From Octopus vulgaris (lineage: Eukaryota), in assembly GCA_951406725.2 (NCBI GenBank), contig OX597819.1:17980001-18044000 (forward strand): a DNA stretch of 64,000 bases, written 5' to 3'. Under the pieces are notes generated by a model. That model saw nothing but the letters and a program-made list of their open reading frames with translations. It was not told the origin of the DNA and ran no database searches. Made by a program: the position numbers and the translations under genes. The number at the start of each line of letters is the position of its first letter. Position 1 is the first letter of the stretch. Positions 41,743 to 56,086 of this stretch are shown here, piece by piece.

Positions 41743-42202
41743 ATTGAAACCATACATTGTCTCTATCGTCAAGTTTATTCAATTTGGGTTGCAGAATATC
41801 CTCTATCATCACACAGTATCGATCAGAGTTCACAGTCACTAGAACATTATCTTCTTCGAAGAAGTACGGACCCCAAATGCCGAATTCTGCTCCTGTAGAA
41901 TTTCGAGTAGGTATGGGATCATGTCTACCAAGCCTTAAGAGCACACGGAACGCTCTTCGTGTTGCAGTTACGGATTCGTTGCCCTTGATAAACGTTTCCA
42001 CAACGAAAGCGCGATTCTCGCTCGACCAATACTTGTTGGCAAGCATACGCGATACGAAACAAAACATCGCAAATTGCACCAATTGAAACAACATGGCATT
42101 ATATGTACATTTCGAATATAAAAACACATTTTTTGTTTTTTTCTCTATTTCACTTTTATTAAACTTACAAATGTCTGAGATCATTTTGCCGCACACTGGA
42201 TA
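41743..42202 (-). mobile_element. Internally deleted Tc1/mariner-superfamily element
   Basis: HTH-like WSSENRAFVVETFIKGNESVTATRRAFR..P.RNS joined directly to IWGPYFFEEDNVLVTVNSDRYCVMI..VWFQ. Confidence 0.75.
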
Positions 42203-42235
42203 TAGTATATCAGAATATAACTTATATAGTATATA

Positions 42236-42467
42236 ATTCTTTACTGCCCACAAGAGGCTAAACATAAAGGGGACAAACAAGGACAGACAAAGGGATTAAG
42301 TCTATTACATCGACCCCAGTGTAAAACTGGTACTTTAGTTATCGACCCCGGAAGGATGAAAGGCAAAGTCGACCTCGGCGGAATTTGAACTCAGAACGTA
42401 ACGACAGACGAAATACCGCTAAGCATTTCGCTCGGCGCGCTAACGTTTCTGCCAGCTCGCCGCCTTC
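42236..42467 (-). mobile_element. Near full-length SINE (family 4)
   Basis: ggcggcgagctggcagaaacgttagc..GAGTTCAAATTCC..gactttgcctttcatccttccggggtcgataa. Further copies or fragments at ~15175-15372, 19352-19440, 38370-38535, 44010-44125, 44855-45062, 62535-62724 and 63525-63700. Confidence 0.9.
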
Positions 42468-43070
42468 ATATTTTATATAGTATGTCATACAGTATATCAG
42501 AACTTAGTTTTCATTCTAAATTCTTTCGTCTATCACCGGTATATTTTATCAAAATATGCTTTCCATCATTTATTTCACTTTGCAGCAATACTTGTTAAAA
42601 GAATCTATTTAAAAATTCTTTCCCACGCAAGAAAGGAGTTAACAGAGGCGAACACACAACAATGTATGAAAATCCAACATGTAATAAAAAATACAAATAT
42701 TTTTCTTCTATTTTAATCTTCATCGTAAAATGAACAGAAAAAAAAAGAGAAAACGAACAATTGTAACTTGATGACATTTATGATAAGTGATAACTTTTTT
42801 TTCTCTTCCCTTCTTTGTTTTACCGAGCGAAATTTTTTAATATATAAAGAAAAGTCTTAGTGGCATGTTGATATTTCTGTAGCTTTAGTCATAACGGAAC
42901 ATCAAGATCTGGATCAAAGGGTTCCTATCAGTACGCATCTTTTGTAATCAGTATAAATATTTACCTTCAATACGGTTGACTTTCAGTTTTACTCGTACTG
43001 TACCCGATAACTTCGTTTAGGATATTACAACTTCCTACCACAATTTGCTTTCGATGCAAAGATAGATAAT

Positions 43071-43135
<65 letters not shown>

Positions 43136-44324
43136 GCTGCTTGCTCCGCTGCTGCCTTATTCTCCTTCTTTTCACTGCATCTCTTCGTTTTCCTCATTAT
43201 TTTTTCTTCATTCTCCTCGCTCTGTTCTTCCTCTCCGTTATCCAATACTTCCAACGGTAAATCCTATTTCTTTATTATCTCCTGGATATATCGGAATTAA
43301 TATTCGCTACTATGTGCTTTATATCATTCTGTATAATAAACCTCCGATTTCGCAGACTCTGTATGTAATTAGCTTCATGTACCAATTCCGTTTCTTGTAT
43401 AGATTATCACGTTTCTATGTAATATCTTGTACAAACAACTGTTAAATTAGTTGCAGACAAATATAAGTCTCTCAACTACTTTTTCCAATTACTCCGTTCT
43501 TTTTTCTTTTCTTTCTAAATCTCTACACAAGTTTTCCCTCAACCTTTCTTGTTTAATTCTACTTTCATTTTTATTTCTGCTAGATTCCTGATTAATTTGA
43601 TCTCAATCTACATCAACTGCAACATCGAATAAGAGGGCTTCAGATGGTGTTGTTGTTGTTGTTGTTGTTGCTGTTGTTGCTGTTGTTGATATTTCATACG
43701 CTAGAAATAGAAGTCACGTCTTTATCTCATTCCAAGCAGTGACACATTGGATGAAGAAATCAAGGTAGTTTTACCTGAGAAAAATATTTGATGGCTACCG
43801 AGGAAGGTATTGTATTTGCTTTATTACCGCTGATATTCGGCTAAACACCAGCTGAACACCTCTGTCCTTCTTTCCGTTTATCATTTGTTGGCAGTTACCT
43901 TATTTCTCTTGTTCGTCACCAAATCTCATTGCTTCTGATTTTTTCGGTCAGCGCCTGCTCCTTATTCATTCACAACAAGTTATTCTCTCGTTAATAATTA
44001 GTTCCCTTAAGGTGGCGAGATGGCAGAATAATTATTACTGACAAATGATGCTTTGCGTCATTTCGTCCGACTTTACATTCTGAGTTCAAATCCCGCCGGT
44101 ATCGACTTTGCCTTTCCTTATTTCAAGTAACCGCAGGGCTCTTGTGCCGAAATTTGAATTCAGTAATTGCTTCCACTAAAGGTAATCGGCGGTACTCGAT
44201 TGTATTAAATGCTACATTGTCGTGGTGTTCAATGCAAAGATTTATTGGTAATTTCCACCCAATCTACAAGCGTGCAGAGACACACACACATACACAAGAG
44301 GGTAAACATAAAGACTCGCAGAGA

Positions 44325-44625
44325 AGATCATAGAGTTTGCAATATTACACGATATGATAGCACATGTTTGTACCGCAGCTACAAAAGAAATAGAGAAACA
44401 TTGAGGATTTCCAGGACCTTGCCAGAGATATAAAAAGTTTGTGAAAGTCAAATGGGATAATTTTTCCTGTGGTATTTCCTGTATTTGGCACAACACCCAG
44501 TCTTCCACTTAACAGAACGAAGGTTACTGGAAGTGAATCACGCACTGTGGACGTGCAGTATGGTGCCATTCTTTTTTCCATTCTTTTTTCTGCAAGATTC
44601 TAAAGGAAGATTCTTGAGATTTAAG
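44325..44625 (+). mobile_element. R4/Dong-like non-LTR retrotransposon 3' remnant (restriction-like endonuclease tail)
   Basis: IIEFAILHD, FQDLARDIKSL, IIFPVVFPVFGTTP..VQYGAILFS..RKILEI* across frames. Confidence 0.55.
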
Positions 44626-44695
44626 AATTGTTATCCCTAAACCCACGATAACATCCCTGTTAACGAAAGTAGCATTTCTTACATTTATGATCATA

Positions 44696-44696
44696 T

Positions 44697-44753
<57 letters not shown>

Positions 44754-44784
44754 CACCACCACATACTACTACTACTACTACTAG

Positions 44785-44843
<59 letters not shown>

Positions 44844-44857
44844 ATAATAATAATAAT
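44696..44857. repeat. (TAC)n/(CAC)n/(TAA)n compound array
   Basis: Direct reading. Confidence 0.97.
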
Positions 44858-45299
44858 CCTTTCTACTATAGGCACGAGGCCTGCAATCTGTGGGGAGGGA
44901 GATAGTTGATCACATCGACCTCTGTGCTTCACTGTTATTTAATTTATCGACCCCCGAGTGGTTGAAAGGCAAAGTAAACCTCGGCAGAATTTGAATTCAG
45001 ATCGTGAAGACGGACGAATTGCCGCTGAGAATTTTGTCCAGCATGCTAACGATTCTGCCAGCTAATGATGTTGATATTACAGATCTCAACCATCTGTCCT
45101 ATGCATCCTCGAAAAGCTCAACGGTTCTATGCGGTGAAAAGATTAAGAAAACGACAACATTCCCACAAAACGCCTACTTGTCAAGAGCGTATTCAACACC
45201 AAATTTAGCTACTTAGGTCTGACATTGAATGTTTAAAAAACCTTAAGGTTGATTAGACTATGAAACCAACAAAAATGCGTAAGTTAAAGTAAAGATATG

Positions 45300-45572
45300 A
45301 TATGAAGCCATGCTTGACATCGATACCACCATAGAAACTATCAAGCAAAAGGTATGTGCCACAGCTGACCGCATAGCAAAGTACGAAAAGTGCGTTAGTT
45401 TTTCAAGGACAACAATATGTTCAATAATAACCGCAAAACATTTTACAGGAAGATAGGGAAAATACCCGTTACACTAAAGTCTGTCCAATCAAAAGACGTG
45501 CAGGAATTTTGGAATAAAATTTGGGCAGAAGAAAAAACACACAATGAAAAGGCCCCTTGGATTGATAGAAAT
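45300..45572 (+). mobile_element. R4/Dong-like pre-RT fragment
   Basis: IETIKQKV..RIAKYEK..NNMFNNNRKTFY..VQEFWNKIWAEEKTHNEKAPWI. Confidence 0.6.
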
Positions 45573-45573
45573 G

Positions 45574-46530
45574 CACTGTTCAACACGATTTGTGGTGCCA
45601 AGAAACATAACACGTTTTTCTTAGCTAAATTGATGGTGCTGATTCCAAAAATAATCTTAGTTTTTCATGGTTAGCTAGCGTTTTGGCGTACTGAAATTGA
45701 TCATTTTTGGAAAAGAGATCAATTTACGAACTTGTCTGATCGCAATATTTAGTGAAAAAAGTTAGTAGAAACCCATAAACGTTCAGGTAGGCTAGCAATT
45801 TATGTCAGCCACCTGAAATAAACTATCTTTATAAGAAAAAAAAGTGTTTGAGTCAAAACTTTTAAAATAGAAGTACCGAATTTTCCCAATTTAATGCCGA
45901 AATTCAAATTAACTAATAAACTTTGTCAGTAATACACTTTAGTAAATCTGATGATTAAGGTGACATAACAAAATGAAACCCTAAAACCTTCTATTTGATA
46001 TTCATAAATTCATCCCATCACTTTTATCCTTTCAATACGGAAGGAAAGTAAACTCATTAAGAGTTTTTGCTTTCACACTTGGAAAATCTCCAACTAAAGA
46101 CATGCACTTATTCCATTGTACATGATTATCATCATGAAAATGGTTTCACCATAACATCTGCCGTCCACGCGGGACTACGAAGATACGGATAGAATCAGTG
46201 TATTTCCGTAGGACATTCGGAAATATGAACACGCAAAGTGTAATGTAAATGCTCGACCAACTCATGTTCCTTTTTAATCATAGAGGTAGTTATCAAATGA
46301 CATGGCTTCAACGAGATGATCGAAAATTGATCCCAACTTATTTTGCTATACATACGGTGAGTTCACACCGAAAGCCAACAGGAAACCGATATCTGACTTT
46401 TACAAGAAAGCCTATCGTGCTTACTTTCACGTCGAGCTTGGTGATCAGGACAAATCATGGGCCCCTCACATTGTTTGCAAGGCATGTTTGGAACACATGA
46501 GACAGTGAACTTCAGGTACCCGAAAATCAG
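45574..46530 (+). mobile_element. DNA transposon 5' part (probably Chapaev/CMC-like) with pseudogenised N-terminal ORF at 46302-46529
   Basis: Starts CACTGTTCAAC. The ORF reads MASTR*SKIDPNLFCYTYGE..RKPISDFYKKAYRAYFHVELGDQDKSWAPHIVCKACLEHMRQ*. Superfamily assignment is from memory of the GDQDKSWAPH..C..C motif. Confidence 0.55.
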
Positions 46531-47060
46531 AGGTTTTATTTAGTTTTAGTGAATACATGCGACATATTACTCCATTTAGATTCAAAATAAAGATCTTGAA
46601 ATTTGCATATCGTAAGCATAGAATTAAGGGTCACAAGATTAAGTAACAAATAGATGAATGATTCAGTTTCTAAATATCTAACACACTGGTGCAATCAGCA
46701 AAATTTTAATAAATTTCTACACTGAAAAAATTATTTTTACTTTAAATTCTGCCCGGTTTATATCACAGCATAAAACAGCATAGATGCATGTGCATTAAAG
46801 TTATTCAGCTGCATGCTGGAGCACCTCCTTCATTCCTGTTAACTGTATTCGAAGTATTCGAAGATGGCGTCGAACATCTTCGTGAGTTTATTTCCTATTA
46901 TTCAAAAAGTTGTTTATTTCCTGTCATTAACGGTATTCTTGTATCATGTATTCAGCCATTCATTTCTTCCTTCCTAGAGTAAAGTGGCAAATACATACAT
47001 ACATGCCTACATACACACATGCACATACATACACTCACACACACACACACACACACACAT

Positions 47061-47101
<41 letters not shown>

Positions 47102-47130
47102 TAGATAGATAGATAGATAGATAGACAGAC

Positions 47131-47204
<74 letters not shown>

Positions 47205-48361
47205 ACATGCGTACATTAAGCACTACGAACATACAACCATAGAAACACTCACACACACACACACATATATATATATATAATACATCGGTTCACACCATCA
47301 TAAGAATTTGTTTCAAACTTGTATAGGCCGACTGAGACACATCGTAATTGTTAAACATATCTGCATTTTGGTCCTTTATTTTTGGAACGGAACTTGGTAA
47401 TACGAAAATTACATGAATAAGCAATTCGGGTGCACATTTTGGTTAAGGAAAATCGTTCAACTTTCTTCTATTTAACGTGTTGCAGTTTTGGTTTGTTTGT
47501 AATACCTGTGTAAAACTAGAATAATTCTTTACTAATCAACTAAATACGAACAATTTTTCTACTAATTTTTTCCGTATTCAAATCCTTCAAGAGCAATAAT
47601 TTGCATATTTGTAGAAACACATTGCGTGTCTGTAAAACTTATAAGGCAGAAATTCTTTTGGCTCTTTTTATAATTACCCGATGACTCCGTTCCATAACGC
47701 GACAAATTTCCTGTTCAACATTTAATCCAGCAACTGCTACATTTTTCCGCGATTTCCTTTAGAACAAGAGTTTCTGCTATTCATGGCCAACTACCATGTT
47801 TTACATTAATTCTCACACGCTTTAATTGCTTCCAAACAAGAATGTTTACGCGATTCTATCAGATCATCTGTCTAAGAATGAAGATCGGCAGCTGCTTCTC
47901 TGAAATCACTTTGTTCTGAAGTCGACCGAAAGTTGATAAAATATTTTTTTCAGATGTTTCACGCAATATACTCTATCAGCAGGTGTTGCACAATAACATT
48001 AGTAACTCAGACTGCTTCAGTTTCGTTGCTGTTTCTATTAAGAGTTCTTCAACCAGATATTTGTATACATCATACACTGTCTCTTGTTGTGCTCTTCATT
48101 GTGTTTCTGAGTTAAGCTTAACAAAATCTTATGTTCCTGCTGCAATTTATTGAATGAGTGGAAGTTGTCATAATTAGCTTTAATTACACTAACAAATTTA
48201 AGTATATTTTTCTCCTGCCCTCTATTCAAGTATCGTACGACTTCGAAATCTGTGATTGCCCTACTTTATAAATATTGCTTTCGGATTATTGTTGAGAATT
48301 CTTCGATGACTGTCCGGCAGAGAACCTGGCATGGCGGCAGCATTAACATGTTATGTTTTGT

Positions 48362-48665
48362 TCGTTTGTTCCTTCTCGAGCCACGCGCGGCTCATAAGGG
48401 CCGGTTTCCCGGTTTCCTTGGGGTATAGGTTCCTCAACTGGACAGGACACCGGTCCGTCGCATATAAGCTGCAAGATGCAGGAGGAAAGAGTGAGTGAAT
48501 GTTGTGGCGAAAGAGTCAGTAGAAGTTCGCCATTGCTTTCTGCCTGAGCCGCGTGGAGCTTAGGTGTTTCGCTTATAATCACATACATCACCCGGTCTGA
48601 GATTCGAACCCGCAATCCCTCGACCGCGAGTCCGTTGCTCTAACCACTAGGCCATATACCTCCAC
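48362..48665 (-). mobile_element. tRNA-derived SINE (family 2)
   Basis: Minus-strand head TGGCCTAGTGGTTAGAGCAACGGACTCGCGGTCGAGGGATTGCGGGTTCGAATC (tRNA-Arg-like). Confidence 0.85.
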
Positions 48666-48894
48666 ATTACCGTGATATGTGGGAACAGTAAACACTTCAA
48701 CAGTTCTGTCCTGTTCTACGGCTGTGCTTATTGTTTTCTGAGTATTAAGACAGTCATTTAATTTTATGTTATATGAAGTCCATAAAAGCCATCTCTAACT
48801 CTCATATGTTTTCTTACTGTTTCATCCGATTAAACAGTTTTGCTAAATTGCACTAGAGGAGAAAAGCGCTTGCAAGCACGGGCATGCGCAACCA

Positions 48895-48972
<78 letters not shown>

Positions 48973-49454
48973 TGTGTATGTGTATGTGTGTGTAATATCA
49001 ACAGACATACACGAATATGCGTTTGTATACATAGAGGCATATTTCAGTGTTTGAGCGTTTAACCGTTTCAATCGCTGCACGACTTTCTCATTGAATTTTT
49101 GTATGAAGCGGATGTGTGTATCTCCGTTATCTTCAAACAATGTTAAAGCTTCTCTGAAGTAAAATAAGCATGACACATTGTGAAGAAGCTGAACATTTTT
49201 TCACAGGTGCACATCATCTGGCGGGCTTGGACACTGATTCTAATCTTGGGCTGCAGTAAAGGCTTTTAACTTAGATGCCACGTACTGGGATCGAAACTGA
49301 GATCCAACGGTACTGAGGTGAGCCTCATAAATACACTCGCCCATGCCAACGCTTTTACACACACACACACACAAATATATATATGTATATGTATATTATA
49401 CATATATATATATATATGTGTGTGTATATATATATGTGTGTGTATATATATATG

Positions 49455-49655
49455 ACCTCGTGTGTATCGCTGGCGATTTTTTTCCTCTGTCTTCCCTTCT
49501 CGGGATCTTTCCTTCTCCTATGTTTTTGACGAAGAGCTCCGATCGAAACGTTAAACCCTCCTTCTTCCCTTCTTTCCTGAGCGTCCAATAATACTTTATT
49601 TGTTCCACGTCCTCGCGTTGTTGTGTTTTTTGTTTTTTTGTGTTGTTTGGATTAA

Positions 49656-49660
<5 letters not shown>
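49455..49660 (+). mobile_element. ~205-bp HHR-like element related to family B; motif at 49522-49556
   Basis: gttt TTGACGA A GAGC-TCC-GATC GAAA CG T T AAAC, with stem I gttt/aaac and palindromic ACGT. Lies within TA-rich repeats. Confidence 0.68.
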
Positions 49661-49726
<66 letters not shown>

Positions 49727-50322
49727 GTGTATATATATATATATATATGATATATATATATATGGATATAGACAAGTAGATTTTAAGGAGAATACTATAA
49801 AAACAGAGAATGAGAGGGAGGGAGAGAGAGATAGATACGGGGGAGACAGAGATATACAATTGTACTGGAGCATACCTATTCATACACACAAACACACACA
49901 AACGTAGACACAAACACATACACACACATAAATTTACAGACAAGAGCACATCTACACATAAAAGTCTAAAATGCTCAAAAATCTTCCGAGAAAATGCATC
50001 AGCGTAAATTTTAGTTAGACGCATTAAATATATTCATATCCCAAGCACATTCGTCAGAGTTTTTCATAACACGCCACTAAGCAGGCAGATTACTGGTAAT
50101 ATAGAATGTTAGAGCAACTTGTATCAATGAGCGCAGATATCGAATTTCAGAAGGTAGAAAATCCCATTACCACACATTGATTTTTAAAACTTTTACAACC
50201 ACTGAAAGTATTTGAAAAATGCAGTAAAATGTGTAATATGTATAATCCTCTTAACGCTGAACTCTCGCATGTACTTTGGCTCTTCTCTTCTCTACTGCTT
50301 TCTTTCTGCTCTGTAATGTGTT

Positions 50323-50378
<56 letters not shown>

Positions 50379-50632
50379 AGCGAGAGAGAGAGAGTATATG
50401 TAAGGAAATATATGTATGTGTGTGTGTGCGTGTGTATACATATATGTATGAGTATGAATATATATGTATGCATATATGTATATGCATGTATATATACATA
50501 TATACATAGATATATGCATATATATGCACAAATATAAATATAATTATATACATATACATATATATATATATATATATATAGACACTTGTATACAAAGATA
50601 TATGTATACACTCACACACATAAAGACATACT

Positions 50633-50669
<37 letters not shown>

Positions 50670-51568
50670 ATATATATATATATATATATGTACACACACA
50701 CACACACACATACATACATATATATATATATACACGAACATTTGTGCAAGCATGTGTGTGCATATATATGTATGTATGTATGTATATGCGTCTGTGTGTG
50801 TTTGTGACTTTTCTGTAATATATTTTATTTCCTTCCCTTTGTTATTTTTTTTTCATGGTTGATCTCTTACTTTGTCTTGTCTCCACCGACTTCAACCCTT
50901 TCCCACTCCTCCTCCTCCTTCTCCTCCAGCTCCTCCTCTTTCCGAATCCTTCACCATCTCCCTTGTTAACCTACTCATACTCCTTCAGCTGTTTCTCGCC
51001 TACAGCGCCTCTCCGTCTCCTTGTCTCCCTCCTACTTTTTTCTACACGACCATGGTGACGATACGGCTAATGCTGAGGGTGATTATGTTATCGATGACGA
51101 CGACGACGACGATGATGATGATGATGATGATGATCGTATTGCTGGTGATGATCAGTTGAGATAACAAAGAAAAAATATAATACTACTAAAAATAATAATG
51201 ATAAACAACAATAACAACAACAATAATAATGATGATACTAATAAAACTAAAAATAAGAATAAGGAACGAAAAATATTTGGTAAAATCATTCTCTAGTGAG
51301 CGGAATGCTTATGTTCGACTGATTGCTTTGGGAACAGAGATTCTATGACGGATGGTGCTGCGATGATCGTGGCGTCAGAATGCGCAGCCAATGGTAGTTA
51401 GTGAAGTCGTCTTACGTCACGGCGAATTTCCGGTTCACCGACGAACGTGTGCTCAAGTGGGTTTAAGAGTCTGCCTGGATGACGCAGCACTCATCAAGAA
51501 CTTCCGGTTAAACCAAGCGTAATAACTGCTCGCTGGTTGTACTAGTTGTAGCAACACTAGTAGTAACG

Positions 51569-51900
<332 letters not shown>

Positions 51901-52144
51901 CACAGTTACGAAAAACAAGGAATGGGAAAAAGGAATGAAAAAAAGATTAAGGAATCCGATGGTATATTATTAGTGGTATTGAGCAACTGAGAAATGTTGG
52001 AATCATGTTTTCTTCTACCTGAAAATTGTGTCAGTTGGAACATGGCAGCCAAAGTTAATATTGGTGCGTGAATCTTGTAGCTACGAGTAAAGCGATTTAT
52101 GTCGATTCTAATGACAGCACACCACTAATCCCCGCGTTCGATCG

Positions 52145-52268
52145 TTCTTCTTGTTCTTCTTCTTCTTCTTCTTCTTCTTCTTCTTCTTCTTCTTCTTCTT
52201 CTTCTTCTTCTTCTTCTTCTTCTTTCTTCTTCTTCTTCTTCTTTCTTCTTCTTCTTCGTCTTCTTCTT
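52145..52268. repeat. (TTC)n
   Basis: Direct reading. Confidence 0.97.
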
Positions 52269-52706
52269 CCACGTCAACTACCTTTTGTTTAGATAAACTC
52301 AACGTCTATATCAGTTATATTCTTCTCTTTTTAATGAAATGTAATGTTTTCTTCTCCCGTAGAGATGATTTAATGCGATAAAGATAGAATAAAATCTTTC
52401 TGGCTTTTTTTTTCTCTTCAAAGATTAATATATTTAAATGTAATACAATATAATGTAATAAAACATAATATATAATCTATAATGCTATATAATGTTATAT
52501 AATACAATATATGGTATAAATAATATAATAATATAATTTGCATTATTTTCTGATTTCCTATGTAGGTGGAAATATTCGCCCTCTTTCCAATGAATATGAA
52601 ACGTGATAGTGGTGATGGTGATGATGCTACTGTTTATTAATACAGGCCACTATAATTAAGTTGTTAATAAAAACACTGATTTTCTTTTATTATGCAGATT
52701 ATTAAA

Positions 52707-53276
52707 GGCAGCGAGCTGGCAGAAACGTTAGCGCTTAGAGGTATTTCGTCTGCTGTTACGTTCTGAGTTCAAATTCCGCCGAGGTCGACTTTGCCTTTTA
52801 TTCTTTCGGAGTCGATGAATTAACTACTAGTCAAGTACTGGGGTCGATATAATCGACTTAATCCGTTTGTCTGTCGTTGTTTGTTCCCTCTGCGTTTAGC
52901 CCCTTGTGGGTAGTAAAGAAACAGGTATTTTCGTCTGCCGCTACGCTCTGAGTTCAAATTCCGCCGAGGTCGACTTTGCCTTTCATCCTTTCGGGGTCGA
53001 TAAATTCAGTACCACTTACGCACTGGAGTCGATATAATCGACTTAATCCGTTTGTCTGTCCTTGTGTCTCCCCTCTGCCTGTAGCTCCTTGAGGGTAGTA
53101 AAAAAATAGGTATTTTGCCTGTCTTTATATTCTGAGCTCAAATTCCGCGAGGTCGACTTTGCCTTTTATTCTTTCGAAGTCGATGAATTAACTACCAGTC
53201 AAGTACTGGGGTCGATGTGATCAACTATCCCCCTCCCCATAAATTGCAGGTCTTGTGCCATTAGTAGAAAGGATTA
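52707..53276 (+). mobile_element. Head-to-tail trimer of SINE family 4
   Basis: ggtattt(t) unit starts at 52740, 52924 and 53109 (period ~184-185 bp). Confidence 0.9.
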
Positions 53277-54894
53277 CCTAAATTATTAGGCAAAACCGCG
53301 AGCACGACGGACAAAAACGGCGAACTTTATTTGTTCTGGCTCACGAAGTTTTGAGTTCAAATCCTTCAAGGGCCATCTATATACATTACCAATAAAGCAT
53401 CTTCCCTCAAAACTACTGATTTTGCATCTAAACTATTGACAGTTAAAATGATAATTACTGTTTAATATATGTATAAAACAAGTAAAATTTTGACGGCAGG
53501 GATTTAGTCATTTACTAAATGCTCAGAACTGGAGTGATACCTTATTTCAACGATCCTCAGAGGTTAAAAAACAAAATAATTTGAACTCATGTTTCTTGAA
53601 ATCATGTTTCTTGAAATATTTTACTAATATTTTCTTGTATTTTTCGCTGTTTTTTTTTTTTTATCTTGAATAGTTTCAGATTTAGTATTCCATATCTATC
53701 TCTGTTGTGCACTTCATCTTTGTGTGGTCTTTCGAACGGCTCTGAAGATCTTAATCTCTTCGGCTAAATGACGAATTCCTTTTCACTTTGGTTGCGCTGC
53801 GTTTACACTTCCTAAACATGAAAACTGCATATCTTCATGAATTATAATCTTTCTTTTATGTAATTGAAACTCCTCACTATAATTCATCTCTTCTTCCAAA
53901 CAGAGGCACGTTTCTAAAGCCTTTTTCAAAACATTGATGCTTGTAGGACCCCTGCCGGTCTCTCTGGGACTCTTTTGCTTCCAATACTCATAGTTGGATG
54001 AAACTGTGGTGTTTGCAGGAGGAATTATGTGCTTGTTTGTTCATCGCCGCAAGAAGAGTGACTTCCTGCATTTCACTTCTGGCAATAAGGATGGATTGAT
54101 CTATTGGCGACGTCACAGTTGTGCCTTGCGCCGCCTAATGCTGCAATAGTGTCTCAGGAAAAAAATGAAACAAACTAATTCCTAACGACTTCGTGTTGTT
54201 ACTGATTTTGGTCCTTTCAGACTTTGGAGCATTAAAGTTGCTTTTCCTGCTGTAAATGGAGAATCTGCGCTTCTTGCCCTGATTGGTAAACAGCCTTTGC
54301 TTTCTGCTCATGCTATAGTCCATAGTTCTATTGTTGGCTTTTGGTCAGCTGTGTTATGTGGAATCATATGCTCATACTCACCTAAACCGACCTCATATCA
54401 TTATCCCGTCGTTAACACCGGGTTTAATTTTAACAGAATATAAAGACAAGACGTAAGTCAATGTCATCACAAATGTCTCTTGTGGTGTTCCTGCGTCCCT
54501 GCGTTCCTCTTTCCTGAATAATTGGTAATTAGTTTAGGAACAGGGATTTCTAAAACAAACGGTCTTCTGTTTTGTTACTGAAAATTTTATTACTCTATCC
54601 AAATAGAAGATGTTTTACTTAACGTCTCTCTGGGGGATATCTCCCAAAGATACTCGAATAAAAAAGGTCACGTACTCTAGACAAAGCGTCTCTATGATAT
54701 TCACTTCCTCTTGTGCAGCTCTGATGCAGATTGTGGTAGGCTGGCACTGGTTTTATCAACAAAATACCCCAATCTAAATTTATTTCCGCTCCACATTTCA
54801 TAATGTGACTGTTCCTGTTTGAATATCAACTTACGAACCATGAAGCACGATGTTGATGATGATGAACAGTACGAGGAAATAAGCACAGTCAGGT

Positions 54895-54957
<63 letters not shown>

Positions 54958-55509
54958 CGCCCGCGCACACAAAGAGAAACATAGACACCGAATGAATATT
55001 TGTTGCTGCATTCGAATCTCACGAAACTGACGAGAATATGTCGGTAACACCAGCGGACAGATTTTAATTTCTCGCATACTTCCACACCAGCATCACTGTA
55101 GATCAGGGCGATAATTATTTCATTGATCCTAACCAAAACGAATACAATTCAGAATGGAAGATAGACAGGAGCTCAGAAGGTGCAGTTCCTTTAAAACATT
55201 AGAAGTAAAAATAGAAATAACAGCAATTATAGGAATAAATGAAAAATAAAGATATCAACCATTCAAGAGAGAGATGAAGATGATAACATGATATGAAGAA
55301 AATGAAGAATAAGAATAATAAAATAGCAAAGATTATTCCTTAATTTGGAAAATAAGAAGGGAGGGGCTAGTCGCTTGCATCGCTGAAACGATTTGTATTT
55401 TTTCTTTATGGACCCCTAAAGGATGAAAGGTAAAGTTGATCCTAGTGAAATATAAACGCTGAAAGTAAAGTCGGACAAAAGTGGATGTGAGAGTCTTACA
55501 CGAAAAGGA

Positions 55510-56072
55510 ATACAAACACCGCCACGATAAAGTGTGTGTATATCTTCATTGGCTCTTATGCTGTAAATACAAATATGAATTAATAGAGAACTGGTATGAG
55601 CATGTAAAGTTATGCAGGAGGGTGGAAAAGTAACTATACTCTGGGACTATGATTTTCTGACAGATCGTGTAGTCGAACACTGTCAGCCGGATATTGTCAT
55701 ATTGAATAAAAGAGACGAATACTATCAGATCATTGACGTAACCATACCAAATGACATGAATGTTGCGAGTATAGTGGTTAAAAAATAACCGAATTAAAAG
55801 TGGAATTGGCAAGACTGTATGGAATGCGAGAGTGTAATGTAAAAATGATACCAGTGGTGATCGGAGCGTATGACTCAATCCCATTGAAACTTCAAGACAA
55901 CTTATGGCAACTGGAAATCCCACGCAAGATTGATGTCTTGCAAAAGAGCCTTCTTGGGCATAGCGCACATTTTAAGGAAAGTATTATCTGTCTGAGGTCC
56001 TTGTGACTTAACAGATGACTACAGACTCCGGTGAATTTTTACCTACACTGTGTAACGAAGAAATAATAATAA
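55510..56072 (+). mobile_element. R4/Dong-like retrotransposon 3' end (RHD motif, PD..D endonuclease, (AAT)n tail)
   Basis: HRHDKVCVYLHWLLCCKY, ILWDYDFLTDRVVEHCQPDIVILNK..IIDVTIPND, IPVVIGAYDSIP..LQKSLLG, then a short UTR and aataataataat. Confidence 0.8.
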
Positions 56073-56086
56073 TAGTATTCAAGATT

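Noticed and set aside
45948-45990. CTGATGA..GAAACCCTA hammerhead candidate
   Set aside because: Neither stem I nor stem II can form.
52707-53276. CRISPR-like array
   Set aside because: The repeats are ~185-bp SINE units without unique spacers, in a eukaryotic context with no cas genes.
53750-54350. Possible L1/Tx1 ORF1 zinc-knuckle remnant
   Set aside because: Only a broken C..C...H..C-like pattern, which is insufficient.
54835-54990. Minus-strand exon ending at a GTAAGT donor (hydrophobic ORF through (GT)n)
   Set aside because: The hydrophobicity comes largely from the microsatellite and there is no supporting downstream exon.
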